From the NCBI GenBank assembly GCA_902805845.1, contig CADCUI010000001.1, positions 140,592-204,591 of the forward strand: a DNA stretch of 64,000 nucleotides. The letters are read 5' to 3'. Under the pieces are notes generated by a model, which saw nothing but the letters and a program-made list of their open reading frames with translations, was not told the DNA's origin and ran no database searches. The stretch's first letter is position 1. Every line of letters begins with the position of its first letter. The DNA is from an uncultured Nocardioidaceae bacterium (GTDB taxonomy: Bacteria > Actinomycetota > Actinomycetes > Propionibacteriales > Nocardioidaceae). Both the position numbers and the translations under genes were made by a program. Shown piece by piece: positions 17,522-26,404 of the stretch.

Positions 17522-18304
17522 TCAGGGACGTGGCTGCTGGCCCGGCTGGTGACTGGCTCGGGGGACGACGGTGCCCTTCACGGCCGGCCGGGGCCGCAGC
17601 TCGCGCCCGGCGTACTTGCCGATCTGCCAGGTGGCGTAGGCGTCCGCGCTCCCGCTCCACACCCCGCCGGCGAGCGGTATCCGCCGCAGGACGGTGCCGG
17701 CGGCCCGCTTGCCGACCACGCGACCGACGAGGGCCGAGGTCGTCTCGGCGGCGACCAGCTTGTCGAGCTCCGGGTCGTGTGCCGGTGCGGTGGCGACCAC
17801 CATCGGGGTGCCGGGGACCTTGCCCTCCTTGACCAGGCCCCTCACGGTCTCCTCGCCCAGCGTGCAGAGCAGGATCGCGTTGCGCACCCGACCGTCGGAC
17901 AGGTCGTAGCCGCGGAGGTGCGCGATGCCCGCCACCATCCGGCACTGCAGCAGCGCCAGCCCGGTGATGTTCACCGGGATCGTCGCGGCGGCGGTCACGA
18001 ATCCGCCGACGTTGCTGACGAAGCCCTGGGCCGCAGCGAAGCTGGCGTGGTTCTCGATGAGCTCGTTGATCGCCGCGTCGACGTCGCCGTGCTGCTCCTC
18101 GAGCTGCTTGGTGGCCGCCCGCGCCGCGCCGGGGAGCGGCCCGATGCCGTGGATCGCGCGATGCACGGTCTGGTGCACGAAGCCGCTGTTGAGGTCCGGC
18201 GCCATCCGGTGCAGGTCGGGAGCGACCCTCTTCACGATGGCCTGCCTGATCTTCACGCGTCTGCCCTTCCCTCGCCGGACCCCCAGTCTGCCCAGGAACC
18301 GCAA
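17522..18304 (-). CDS. EcsC-family-like protein (probable)
   Basis: 260 aa. The central AAQGFVSNVGGFVTAAATIPVNITGLALLQCRMVAGIAHLRGYD resembles the EcsC family core. The start codon is uncertain. Confidence 0.6.
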   Translation of the reverse strand: MRFLGRLGVRRGKGRRVKIRQAIVKRVAPDLHRMAPDLNSGFVHQTVHRAIHGIGPLPGAARAATKQLEEQHGDVDAAINELIENHASFAAAQGFVSNVGGFVTAAATIPVNITGLALLQCRMVAGIAHLRGYDLSDGRVRNAILLCTLGEETVRGLVKEGKVPGTPMVVATAPAHDPELDKLVAAETTSALVGRVVGKRAAGTVLRRIPLAGGVWSGSADAYATWQIGKYAGRELRPRPAVKGTVVPRASHQPGQQPRP

Positions 18305-18404
18305 CCCCGACTCCTCGGCCGGTCACTTCCGCCCTGTCCGTCGACCCTGTCCGTCGGCGCCGCACGTTGCCCCCGTCCGTTGGCCAGGACGGGACAATGA
18401 GCAC

Positions 18405-19085
18405 ATGCCGACCGAGCCGCCGCCGTCGCCGTGGCTCTTCCCGGACTTCACCCGGCCCGACCAGGACGCCGCCTGCACCGACGACCTGGTCGGGCGCGGC
18501 GCCGACCTGGCTCCGGGGACCCTCCTGTCGGCCTACCGGTCCGGTCTCTTCCCGATGCCGGACGGTGGCTCCGGCATGAGCTGGTGGTCACCTCGGGACC
18601 GGGGCGTGCTGCCCCTCGACGCGATGTGCGTGTCGCGCTCGCTCGCGAAGTCGTGCCGCCGGATGGAGCTGCGGGTCGACACGTCCTTCGAGGACGTGGT
18701 CGCCGCCTGCGCCGACCCGGCACGCGACGGGGGCTGGATCGACGCCGACATCGCCGCGGCGTACACCCGTCTCCACCGGCTGGGCTGGGCGCACTCGGTG
18801 GAGACGTGGCAGCACGGGGAGCTCGTGGGAGGGCTGTACGGGGTCGCCATCGGCGGGCTGTTCGCCGGCGAGTCGATGTTCCACCGGGTCACCGACGCCT
18901 CGAAGGTGGCGCTGGTGGGGCTGGTCGACCTGCTCTCCGACGAGTACGCCGGGGCCCGGCTGCTCGACGTTCAGTGGCGCACCCCGCACCTCGCCTCGCT
19001 GGGGGTGGTGGAGGTGCCGAGAGCCGGCTACGTCCGAGCCCTCCACGCCGCCCTCCAGGTGCCGTTGCCGACCCCCTGGCGCTGA
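18405..19085 (+). CDS. aat: Leucyl/phenylalanyl-tRNA--protein transferase
   Basis: LLSAYRSGLFPM, WWSPRDRGVLPLD and GGLYGVAIGGLFAGESMFH are typical of Aat. I chose ATG 18405 within the longer 17925 ORF. Confidence 0.85.
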   Translation: MPTEPPPSPWLFPDFTRPDQDAACTDDLVGRGADLAPGTLLSAYRSGLFPMPDGGSGMSWWSPRDRGVLPLDAMCVSRSLAKSCRRMELRVDTSFEDVVAACADPARDGGWIDADIAAAYTRLHRLGWAHSVETWQHGELVGGLYGVAIGGLFAGESMFHRVTDASKVALVGLVDLLSDEYAGARLLDVQWRTPHLASLGVVEVPRAGYVRALHAALQVPLPTPWR

Positions 19086-19156
19086 CCCGCCCCTCAGGTC
19101 TGGCCGAGCCGCCCAACATGTTGGGCGGCTCGGCCAGACATGAGGGGCGGCTCGAC
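19083..19156. repeat. Family A palindromic element (2 forward plus 2 reverse units); probable bidirectional terminator
   Basis: CCGCCCCTCAGGTCTGGCCGAGCCGCCCAAC-AT-GTTGGGCGGCTCGGCCAGACATGAGGGGCGG forms 31-nt arms with one mismatch. It fills the whole gap between the convergent aat and fpg-like stops. Confidence 0.85.
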
Positions 19157-19161
19157 CGGGG

Positions 19162-20034
19162 CTACTTGAGCAGGCGCGAGAGCCGACGGTCGGCGAGCGG
19201 CTTTCCGCCGGTCTGGCACGTCGGGCAGTACTGCAGGGACGAGTCCGCGAACGAGACCTCCCGCACCGTGTCGCCGCAGACCGGGCACGGCAGCCCGGCG
19301 CGGCCGTGCACCGCGAGGTTGCTCTTCTTCTCGCTCTTCAGCTCGGCCGCTGCGAGGCCGGAGGACCGGGCTACCGCGTCGGAGAGCACCCCGCGGATCG
19401 CGTCGTACAAGGTGCGGAGCTCCTCGGGCGACTCCGCCACCGTCACCGCCGGCTTGAACGGCGACATGCGGGCCGCGTGGAGCAGCTCGTCGGAGTAGGC
19501 GTTGCCGATCCCGGCGATGGTCGACTGGGAGCGCAGGACGCCCTTGAGCTGCGCCCGCCCGGCGTCGCGGAGGATCTGCTCGAGGACCCCGATCGTGAAC
19601 TCGTCGGCCAGGGGATCCGGACCCAGCCGTGCCACCCCGGGCACCTCCTGGACGTCGCGCACGACGTAGATCGCCAGCCGCTTCTGCGTGCCGGCCTCGG
19701 TGATGTCCATGCCGGAGTCGTCGTCGAGCACGATCCGGGCGGCTAGCGGTGACTTGTTGCTCGGTCGCGGCGGCGCCGCCGGGACGGTGTCGCGCCACCG
19801 CAGCCAGCCGGCCCGGGAGAGGTGGATGACGAGGTGGAGCCCCGACGCGGTGATGTCGAGGAACTTGCCGTGCCTGGCCACGTCCTCGACCAGGGTGCCG
19901 GTCAGCGCGCTGAGCGGCGGGTCGAAGGTCTTGAGCGCACTGAAGGCGGCGACGTCCACCCGGACGATCGCGCGGTCGGCGAGGCGGCCGCGGAGGTCGT
20001 TGACGAGCGCCTCCACCTCGGGAAGCTCGGGCAT
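19162..20034 (-). CDS. Fpg/Nei family DNA glycosylase / AP lyase
   Basis: The start MPELPEVE carries the catalytic Pro2. The C-terminal zinc finger is CPVCGDTV...CPTCQ. The 20067 start in the ORF track would bury Pro2. Confidence 0.88.
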   Translation of the reverse strand: MPELPEVEALVNDLRGRLADRAIVRVDVAAFSALKTFDPPLSALTGTLVEDVARHGKFLDITASGLHLVIHLSRAGWLRWRDTVPAAPPRPSNKSPLAARIVLDDDSGMDITEAGTQKRLAIYVVRDVQEVPGVARLGPDPLADEFTIGVLEQILRDAGRAQLKGVLRSQSTIAGIGNAYSDELLHAARMSPFKPAVTVAESPEELRTLYDAIRGVLSDAVARSSGLAAAELKSEKKSNLAVHGRAGLPCPVCGDTVREVSFADSSLQYCPTCQTGGKPLADRRLSRLLK

Positions 20035-20133
20035 GGCGTCAGTGTAGGGGCCGGTTTCGGCCGTCACGGCGACACGATTCGCGCCGATAGCGATGTCTAC
20101 GACGAACCCTAGACGGCCCGATACGGTGCGATC

Positions 20134-21366
20134 GTGGACCCGATCAGGAACCCCTACGCGCCGGGCGCCGGGCAGCGCCCGCCCGTGCTGGCCGGCCGCG
20201 ATCGCGAGCTCGCCCAGTTCGACGTGACGCTGGAGCGGGTGGCCGCCGGCCGCCCGGAGCGCAGCATGGTCGTCTCAGGGCTGCGCGGCGTCGGCAAGAC
20301 GGTGCTGCTCAACGCACTGCGCGGCCAGGCCCTCGGGCGGGCCTGGGGCACCGGCAAGATCGAGGCCCGCCCGGACCAGTCGGTGCGGTTGCCGATCGCC
20401 CAGGCCGTCCACGCCGCCGTCCGCGAGGTCGGCCACCGTCACCGGAACCCCGACCGGGTCGACGAGGTGGCCGGCGTGGTCAAGGCCTTCGCGCTCCGCA
20501 CCGAGCTCAAGGACCGCAAGGGCATCCGGTGGAACGGCGCCACCGACGTGGCCGCAGCCAAGGGACGGGCCGACTCCGGCGACCTCGAGCTCGATCTCGT
20601 CGAGCTCTTCAGCGATGTCGGGGAGCTGGCCCGGGACCTCGGCGTCGGAGTGGGCCTCTTCGTGGACGAGATGCAGGACATCGCCTCCTCCGAGCTGGCC
20701 GCCCTCTGTGGCGCCGTGCACGAGCTGAGCCAGCAGGGGGCGCCGGTGGTCGTCGTGGGCGCCGGGCTGCCGCACCTGCCCGTGGCGCTCGCGGCCTCCA
20801 GGTCCTACGCCGAGCGGCTGTTCCGCTACGTCGTCGTCGACCGGCTCCCGCGCGAGATGGCCGAGCGGGCACTGCTGCGCCCCGCCGCCGAGGAGGGTGT
20901 CGGCTACGACCAGGAGGCGCTGGACGAGCTCTACGCCCTCACCGACGGCTACCCCTACTTCGTGCAGGCCTACGGCAAGGTCACCTGGGACCTCGCGGTG
21001 GGCAGCCCGATCCGGCTGACCGACGTGCACGAGGCCGCCCCCGAGGCGGAGGCGGAGCTGGGCACCGGCTTCTTCGGGGCACGCTACGACCGGGCCACCC
21101 CCGCCGAGCGCGACTACATGCGCACCATGGCCGAGCTCGGTGCCGACCACACCGGCGCCGACGGCGCGGCCGGCAGCCCTGATGTACCGGTGACGACGGC
21201 CGCGGTCGCCAAGGCGCTCGGCCGCAAGCCGCAGTCGCTCAGCCCGGCGCGCGACGGACTTCTCAAGAAGGGACTCGTCTACTCCTCCGAGCGGGGGACC
21301 GTGGCGTTCACGGTCCCCCACTTCGGCACGTTCCTGCGCTCCCAGCGGGCGGTCGCCGACCGCTGA
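20134..21366 (+). CDS. AAA-type ATP-binding protein with C-terminal winged-helix-like region
   Basis: Walker A SGLRGVGKTVLLN, Walker B GLFVDEMQD, and a C-terminal segment VTTAAVAKALGRKPQSLSPARDGLLKKGLVY resembling a wHTH. Confidence 0.75.
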   Translation: MDPIRNPYAPGAGQRPPVLAGRDRELAQFDVTLERVAAGRPERSMVVSGLRGVGKTVLLNALRGQALGRAWGTGKIEARPDQSVRLPIAQAVHAAVREVGHRHRNPDRVDEVAGVVKAFALRTELKDRKGIRWNGATDVAAAKGRADSGDLELDLVELFSDVGELARDLGVGVGLFVDEMQDIASSELAALCGAVHELSQQGAPVVVVGAGLPHLPVALAASRSYAERLFRYVVVDRLPREMAERALLRPAAEEGVGYDQEALDELYALTDGYPYFVQAYGKVTWDLAVGSPIRLTDVHEAAPEAEAELGTGFFGARYDRATPAERDYMRTMAELGADHTGADGAAGSPDVPVTTAAVAKALGRKPQSLSPARDGLLKKGLVYSSERGTVAFTVPHFGTFLRSQRAVADR

Positions 21367-21402
21367 CCCGAGACGGCAGGGCTCCCGAGCCCGGATCCGT
21401 GG

Positions 21403-21993
21403 TTGGCTGAGCTCGTGGACGTCGTGGCCGCTGCCTTCCAGGCAGTCCCCCGGGTGGGCTTCCTGCCCGCGCAGGCGCGCCCGCAGGCGGCGCACGACGG
21501 ACCGATCGACATCGGTCACGGGCAGACCAACTCCCAGCCCCGCACCGTCGCGAACATGCTGACCCTCCTGCAGGTACGGCGCGGGCAGCGGGTCCTCGAC
21601 GTCGGCGCGGGATCGGGATGGACGACGGCGCTCCTGGCCTACCTCACCGGCTCCACCGGCCAGGTGTGCGGTGTGGAAGCGGTGCCCGAGCTGGTCGAGG
21701 TGGGCCAGGCGAACCTTGCCGCGACCGGGCAGCCCTGGGCCTCGATCACCCAGTCGTCCGAGGAGGTGCTCGGCCTGCCGGACGAGGCGCCGTTCGAGCG
21801 GATCCTGGTCTCGGCGGAGGCGCGGACACTGCCCGAGCAGCTCGCGGCGCAGCTCGGCGACGGTGGCCGCATGGTGATCCCCGTCGCCGGCACGATGCTG
21901 GTCGTCGTGCGCCGGGGCAGCGAGCTCGACGTCTCCCGGCACGGCAGCTACCGGTTCGTCCCCCTGCGGTCGGGTCAGACGGAGACTTCCTGA
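21403..21993 (+). CDS. pcm: Protein-L-isoaspartate O-methyltransferase-like SAM methyltransferase
   Basis: SAM motif VLDVGAGSGWTTALLA and a length of about 196 aa. The start is non-ATG. Confidence 0.7.
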   Translation: MAELVDVVAAAFQAVPRVGFLPAQARPQAAHDGPIDIGHGQTNSQPRTVANMLTLLQVRRGQRVLDVGAGSGWTTALLAYLTGSTGQVCGVEAVPELVEVGQANLAATGQPWASITQSSEEVLGLPDEAPFERILVSAEARTLPEQLAAQLGDGGRMVIPVAGTMLVVVRRGSELDVSRHGSYRFVPLRSGQTETS

Positions 21994-22015
21994 CCGAAGG
22001 TGCCACGATGAGGGG

Positions 22016-22810
22016 ATGCACCACCCGGAGGGCCGGCCGCAGATCGTTGCGCACCGCGGGGCGAACCTCAGGCGTGCCGAGCACACGCTCGGGGCCTACG
22101 TGCAGGCGCTCGACGAGGGCGCCGACGCGCTGGAGTGCGACGTCCGGCTGAGTGCCGACGGCCACCTCGTGTGCGTCCACGACCGGCGGGTGGACCGCAC
22201 CACGAACTCCCGCGGCGTGGTCTCGACGATGACCCTGGCCGAGCTGAACCGGCTCGACGCGGCGTACTCGAAGAACCCGTGGGCCGAGCTGGACGACGAG
22301 GCGGAGGAGGTGGACAGCGACCACAACCGGGTGCTGACCCTGCGCCGGTTGTGCGAGGTCGTGCGGGACTACGACCGGGTGGTCGACCTCGCGATCGAGA
22401 CCAAGCACCCCACGCGTTACGGAGGTCTCGTGGAACGGCGGCTGGTGCAGCTGCTCGACGAGTTCGGCTGGGCGGGGGGCGACTCCCCGGCCCGGGTGAT
22501 GAGCTTCTCCGGAGTGGCTCTGACCCGCGTGCAGCGGCTGGCGCCGCAGCTGGACATCGTGCTGCTGATCGAGGGCGCGGTCTCCTGGCAGGTCACCCGC
22601 GCGATGCTGAGGCCGGGCTGGATCGCGGGGCCCGGGATCGACGAGCTGCGTGGCCGGCCGCGCCTCGGTCCGCGCTTGCTCGCCGCAGGGCACCGCATCC
22701 ACGTCTGGACGGTGAACACGCGGGACGATCTCGACCGTGCCCTCGAGGTCGGCGCGGAGGCCGTGATCACCGACGACCCTGCCACCCTGCACGCCATGGC
22801 CCGTGGGTGA
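22016..22810 (+). CDS. Glycerophosphodiester phosphodiesterase
   Basis: IVAHRGA, the ECDVRLSADGHLVCVHD motif, and the C-terminal HVWTVN. Confidence 0.85.
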   Translation: MHHPEGRPQIVAHRGANLRRAEHTLGAYVQALDEGADALECDVRLSADGHLVCVHDRRVDRTTNSRGVVSTMTLAELNRLDAAYSKNPWAELDDEAEEVDSDHNRVLTLRRLCEVVRDYDRVVDLAIETKHPTRYGGLVERRLVQLLDEFGWAGGDSPARVMSFSGVALTRVQRLAPQLDIVLLIEGAVSWQVTRAMLRPGWIAGPGIDELRGRPRLGPRLLAAGHRIHVWTVNTRDDLDRALEVGAEAVITDDPATLHAMARG

Positions 22811-22888
22811 GTGCGGGTTTGCGCCCCTGAAGGCAGGGAAGCATCCCGAGGACGGTCGAGTAGCCCGAGGCGGAGGAACGTCGTGATC

Positions 22889-23308
22889 ATGGAGCGTGAC
22901 GTGGAGGCCGAGGCAGACTCGGTCAACCTGCGCGTGCCCTTCCATGCCCCGGCCGCCTCGGTGGTGCGCAGCGAGCTGCGCGGCTGGCTCCAGTCGAAGG
23001 GCTTCCAGGGCGAGACCGTCGACGACGCCCGTGTCGTCGTCTCCGAGCTGGTCGGCAACAGCGTTCGGCACGCCGTACCGCTGCCGATCAACGACCTGGT
23101 GGTCTCCTGGTCCGTCGACGGCGGCGACCTCGTCATCTCGGTGAGCGACGGTGGCAGCGCCAACACCAGCCCGCACGTGGTCGAGGCGCCGGGCTCCGCC
23201 ATCTCCGGCAGAGGCCTGAGCATCGTCGAGGCCCTGGTGGAGCGTTGGTGGGTCGAGGCCGACCGTGGCCGTACGACCGTCCACGTCCGGATCCCGCTGT
23301 CCGACTGA
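22889..23308 (+). CDS. ATP-binding protein of the RsbW/SpoIIAB-like anti-sigma serine kinase fold (HATPase_c_2-like)
   Basis: ELVGNSVRHA and GRGLSIVEAL motifs. A GGAGGA RBS lies at 22872. The start is GTG 22883 or ATG 22889. Confidence 0.7.
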   Translation: MERDVEAEADSVNLRVPFHAPAASVVRSELRGWLQSKGFQGETVDDARVVVSELVGNSVRHAVPLPINDLVVSWSVDGGDLVISVSDGGSANTSPHVVEAPGSAISGRGLSIVEALVERWWVEADRGRTTVHVRIPLSD

Positions 23309-23405
23309 CGCCCACGCCCATGCCAGGCCACCGGCCACCGGCCACGGCCCGGGGTGATGGGCAGTGGTCATCGACCGGATGGAGTGACCGGTAGGTTGAC
23401 CTGCC

Positions 23406-24389
23406 ATGGGCAAGCGTGCTCGGGCCAGGTCCCGCGAGGAGTCGTCCCATCCGGAGGGGAGCGGCGTGGGCCGTGACGACGGCCCGGCCCCGCGGCAGCC
23501 GTGCCCGTGCGGTTCCGGGCGTCGCTACAAGGCCTGCCACGGCGCGGCCGGCGGTCCGGTGACGATCCGGGTCGCCCGTCCGTTCGCCGGCCTGCCCAGT
23601 GAGTGCGACCTCGTCGCGTTGCGCGAGTTCGTGCCGGCCGCGACCGCGCCGGCCACCCTCGCCGCCGAGCACGCGCCGCCGGGGGAGGACGCCGACCGCG
23701 CCGTCCAGCTGTGCTCGCTGCTGCCGATGGCCGCACCCGCGATGAAGCGTCAGGACGGGTCTGTCTGGGTGGGGCTCCAGGTGCAGCACGCCTTCGGCGA
23801 CCCGAGCCGCGAGCACGCGGCCGTGCTGCTCGACGCGTTGAGCGCGGAGCCGGGAGCGACGGTGGGGCTCACCGAGGGGCCGGGCGAGGGCCCGAGGCTG
23901 CAGGACGTGCTCGTCGACGAACCGCTGGCGGTGACCGTGCACGCCGGCTTCGACTTCTGGGTCGCCGACGTCGACGACCCGACCGGCAGCGTGGCGGCCT
24001 CGCTGGAACAGGCCAACGCTGCGGCGGCCCCCACGGCCCGGCTGACCTCGGTCGAGGCGGCGTACTGGACCGCGGTGGCGGCCAAGGAGCACCTGCGCTG
24101 GGTGCTTCCGCACGACGAGGACGCCCTGCTCACCGCCTTGGCGCGGCTGCACGCCGCCGGAGCCGACGCCCTGGTCCCCGACGGCCGGCTGGTGGGGATG
24201 TTCCGGGCGCACGGGCTGCTCGTGCCGGTCTGGGACCTGCCTGCCGGCACCGGCGCCGAGGCCCTGGAGGACCCGGCGTCGGAGTTCGCCGCGAGGCTCG
24301 ACGAGGCGCTCGCCGATGACACCGCGCTGTCGGAGCCGCAGCGCTCGGCCCGCATGGGACTGGCCAACCGACAGCTCACGATCCGCTGA
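23406..24389 (+). CDS. SEC-C motif protein (DUF5926-like)
   Basis: The N-terminal CPCGSGRRYKACHG is a SEC-C metal-binding motif. The remainder is a conserved actinobacterial-looking domain. Confidence 0.7.
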   Translation: MGKRARARSREESSHPEGSGVGRDDGPAPRQPCPCGSGRRYKACHGAAGGPVTIRVARPFAGLPSECDLVALREFVPAATAPATLAAEHAPPGEDADRAVQLCSLLPMAAPAMKRQDGSVWVGLQVQHAFGDPSREHAAVLLDALSAEPGATVGLTEGPGEGPRLQDVLVDEPLAVTVHAGFDFWVADVDDPTGSVAASLEQANAAAAPTARLTSVEAAYWTAVAAKEHLRWVLPHDEDALLTALARLHAAGADALVPDGRLVGMFRAHGLLVPVWDLPAGTGAEALEDPASEFAARLDEALADDTALSEPQRSARMGLANRQLTIR

Positions 24390-24656
24390 CCGCCGAGACC
24401 ACGTCGACCTGTCCGGAACGGGACCTCGGGCCTCGCAGGACGGGTCGTCACGGGACGCCGAGAAGTTGTGGAAAGGCTTGGCGGGTCATATGATCGGCGT
24501 GCCCGGTCGTTGCTGTATCCCCCGTCAGCAACGGCCGGGTTTCGCGTCCTTCAACCGCGCCGCGCGCACGTCGCGCGGCCCTGCGTCCGGGCACCAGACG
24601 CTCCGCCACATTCTGGAACAGTGCAGTTCGTCCCGCCTTGTGGTTTCGTTCGTGCG

Positions 24657-25763
24657 GTGATCAGGTTCGAGGGCGCCACCAAGACGTTCCCCGACGGGAC
24701 CGTGGCCGTGGGTGGGCTCGACCTGCTGGCGGCGACCGGCAGCATCACCGTCCTGGTGGGGCCGTCCGGCTGCGGCAAGACGACGTCGTTGCGGATGGTC
24801 AACCGCATGATCGAGCCGACCGGCGGCCGGATCATGATCGACGACCGTGACACCGCCTCGATGGACGCCGCCCAGCTGCGTCGTGGCATCGGCTACGTCA
24901 TCCAGCACGCCGGCCTCTTCCCGCACCGCACGATCGTCGACAACATCGCCACCGTCCCTCGTCTCCTCGGGTGGGACCGGTCGACGACGCGCAACCGTGC
25001 CCTCGAGCTCATCGAGCGGGTCGGCTTGCCGGCCTCGTTCGCCGGCCGCTACCCGCACCAGCTGTCCGGGGGCCAGCAGCAGCGGGTGGGGGTGGCCCGG
25101 GCGCTGGCCGCCGACCCGCCCGTCATGCTCATGGACGAGCCGTTCAGTGCTGTCGACCCCGTGGTGCGCGAGCAGCTGCAGGAGGAGTTCCTCCGGCTGC
25201 AGTCCGAGCTCGGCAAGACGATCCTCTTCGTCACCCACGACATCGACGAGGCGGTCAAGCTCGGCGACCAGGTGGCGGTGCTACGGGTGGGCGGCGTCCT
25301 GGCGCAGGTGGCCGACCCTGCGACGCTGCTACGCGACCCCGTCGACGACTTCGTGGCGGACTTCGCGGGACGCGACCGCGGCTACCGCGGTCTCGGCTTC
25401 CGCCCCGCCCCGTCGCTGACGCCGCGGTCGGAGCCGGCGGTGACGTTGGGCACCTCTCCGGAGGAGGTACGCCGGTCAGGCAACGCGTGGGTGCTCGTGG
25501 TGGACGACGACCGGCGACCGCTCGGATGGGTCGAGCCGGCCCGCGTCACCGAGCCGGTCGCGACCGACCGGCTCCACCGAGGCGGGACCGTCGCCCGGCT
25601 GGACGGGTCGTCGCGCGCGATCCTCGACGCCGCCCTGTCCTCGCCGTCGGGTCGCGGTGTGGTCGTCGACGACGACGGCTGCCTCCTCGGCACCGTCACG
25701 TCCGCCGAGGTCGTCGCCGCGCTGCAGTCACCGCCCGGCCCGGACTCGTCGGGGCAGCCGTGA
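24657..25763 (+). CDS. Glycine betaine/osmoprotectant-type ABC transporter ATP-binding protein with C-terminal CBS-like region
   Basis: GPSGCGKTT, LSGGQQQRVGVARAL and LLMDEPFSAVD. A ~120-aa C-terminal extension follows. GTG 24657 lies within the longer 24468 ORF. Confidence 0.88.
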   Translation: MIRFEGATKTFPDGTVAVGGLDLLAATGSITVLVGPSGCGKTTSLRMVNRMIEPTGGRIMIDDRDTASMDAAQLRRGIGYVIQHAGLFPHRTIVDNIATVPRLLGWDRSTTRNRALELIERVGLPASFAGRYPHQLSGGQQQRVGVARALAADPPVMLMDEPFSAVDPVVREQLQEEFLRLQSELGKTILFVTHDIDEAVKLGDQVAVLRVGGVLAQVADPATLLRDPVDDFVADFAGRDRGYRGLGFRPAPSLTPRSEPAVTLGTSPEEVRRSGNAWVLVVDDDRRPLGWVEPARVTEPVATDRLHRGGTVARLDGSSRAILDAALSSPSGRGVVVDDDGCLLGTVTSAEVVAALQSPPGPDSSGQP

Positions 25764-26404
25764 CCTGGATCCTGGACCACCTCGACGACATCGGCTACTA
25801 CACGCTCCAGCACGCCTGGCTGGCGGCGCTCCCTCTCCTCCTCGGGCTGCTGCTCGCCACCCCTCTCGGCTGGGCGGCACGCCGGTACCGCGGCCTCTAC
25901 ACACCGGTGGTCGCCGGCACCGGCCTTCTCTACACGATCCCGTCGCTGGCGCTGTTCATCCTGATGCCGCTGATCCTCGGCACCCAGATCCTCGACCCGG
26001 TCAACGTGGTCGTCGCGATGACGATCTACACCGTCGCGCTGCTCACCAGGACGGTGGCCGACGGGCTGGGGGCGGTCCCCGACTCCGTGATCGCCTCGGC
26101 GACCGCGATGGGCCTGGGTCCGGTGCGCCGGTTGTTCACCGTCGAGCTGCCGCTCGCCGTACCGGTCATCGCGGCCGGACTCAGGGTCGCGGCGGTCAGC
26201 AACGTCAGCATCGTCAGCGTCGCCGCCCTCATCGGCGTACCGCAGCTCGGGTCGCTGTTCACCGACGGCTTCTACCGCGACTTCCTCGACCCGATCGTGG
26301 CCGGCCTGGTGGCGTGCGTGGTGCTGGCGCTGCTGTTCGACCTCGTCATCGTCGTCCTCGCACGGCTGCTGACACCGTGGCTGCGCACGGGGGGTGCTCC
26401 GTGA
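25760..26404 (+). CDS. ABC transporter permease (osmoprotectant type)
   Basis: GTGA overlap with the ATPase stop. The translation is multi-TM with a binding-protein-dependent permease look. Confidence 0.85.
   Translation: MTWILDHLDDIGYYTLQHAWLAALPLLLGLLLATPLGWAARRYRGLYTPVVAGTGLLYTIPSLALFILMPLILGTQILDPVNVVVAMTIYTVALLTRTVADGLGAVPDSVIASATAMGLGPVRRLFTVELPLAVPVIAAGLRVAAVSNVSIVSVAALIGVPQLGSLFTDGFYRDFLDPIVAGLVACVVLALLFDLVIVVLARLLTPWLRTGGAP

Noticed and set aside
24390-24656. Calling a c-di-AMP (ydaO) riboswitch upstream of the osmoprotectant ABC operon.
   Set aside because: The context is suggestive, but I could not identify the conserved ydaO core motifs by eye. It is reported only as an unassigned structured leader.
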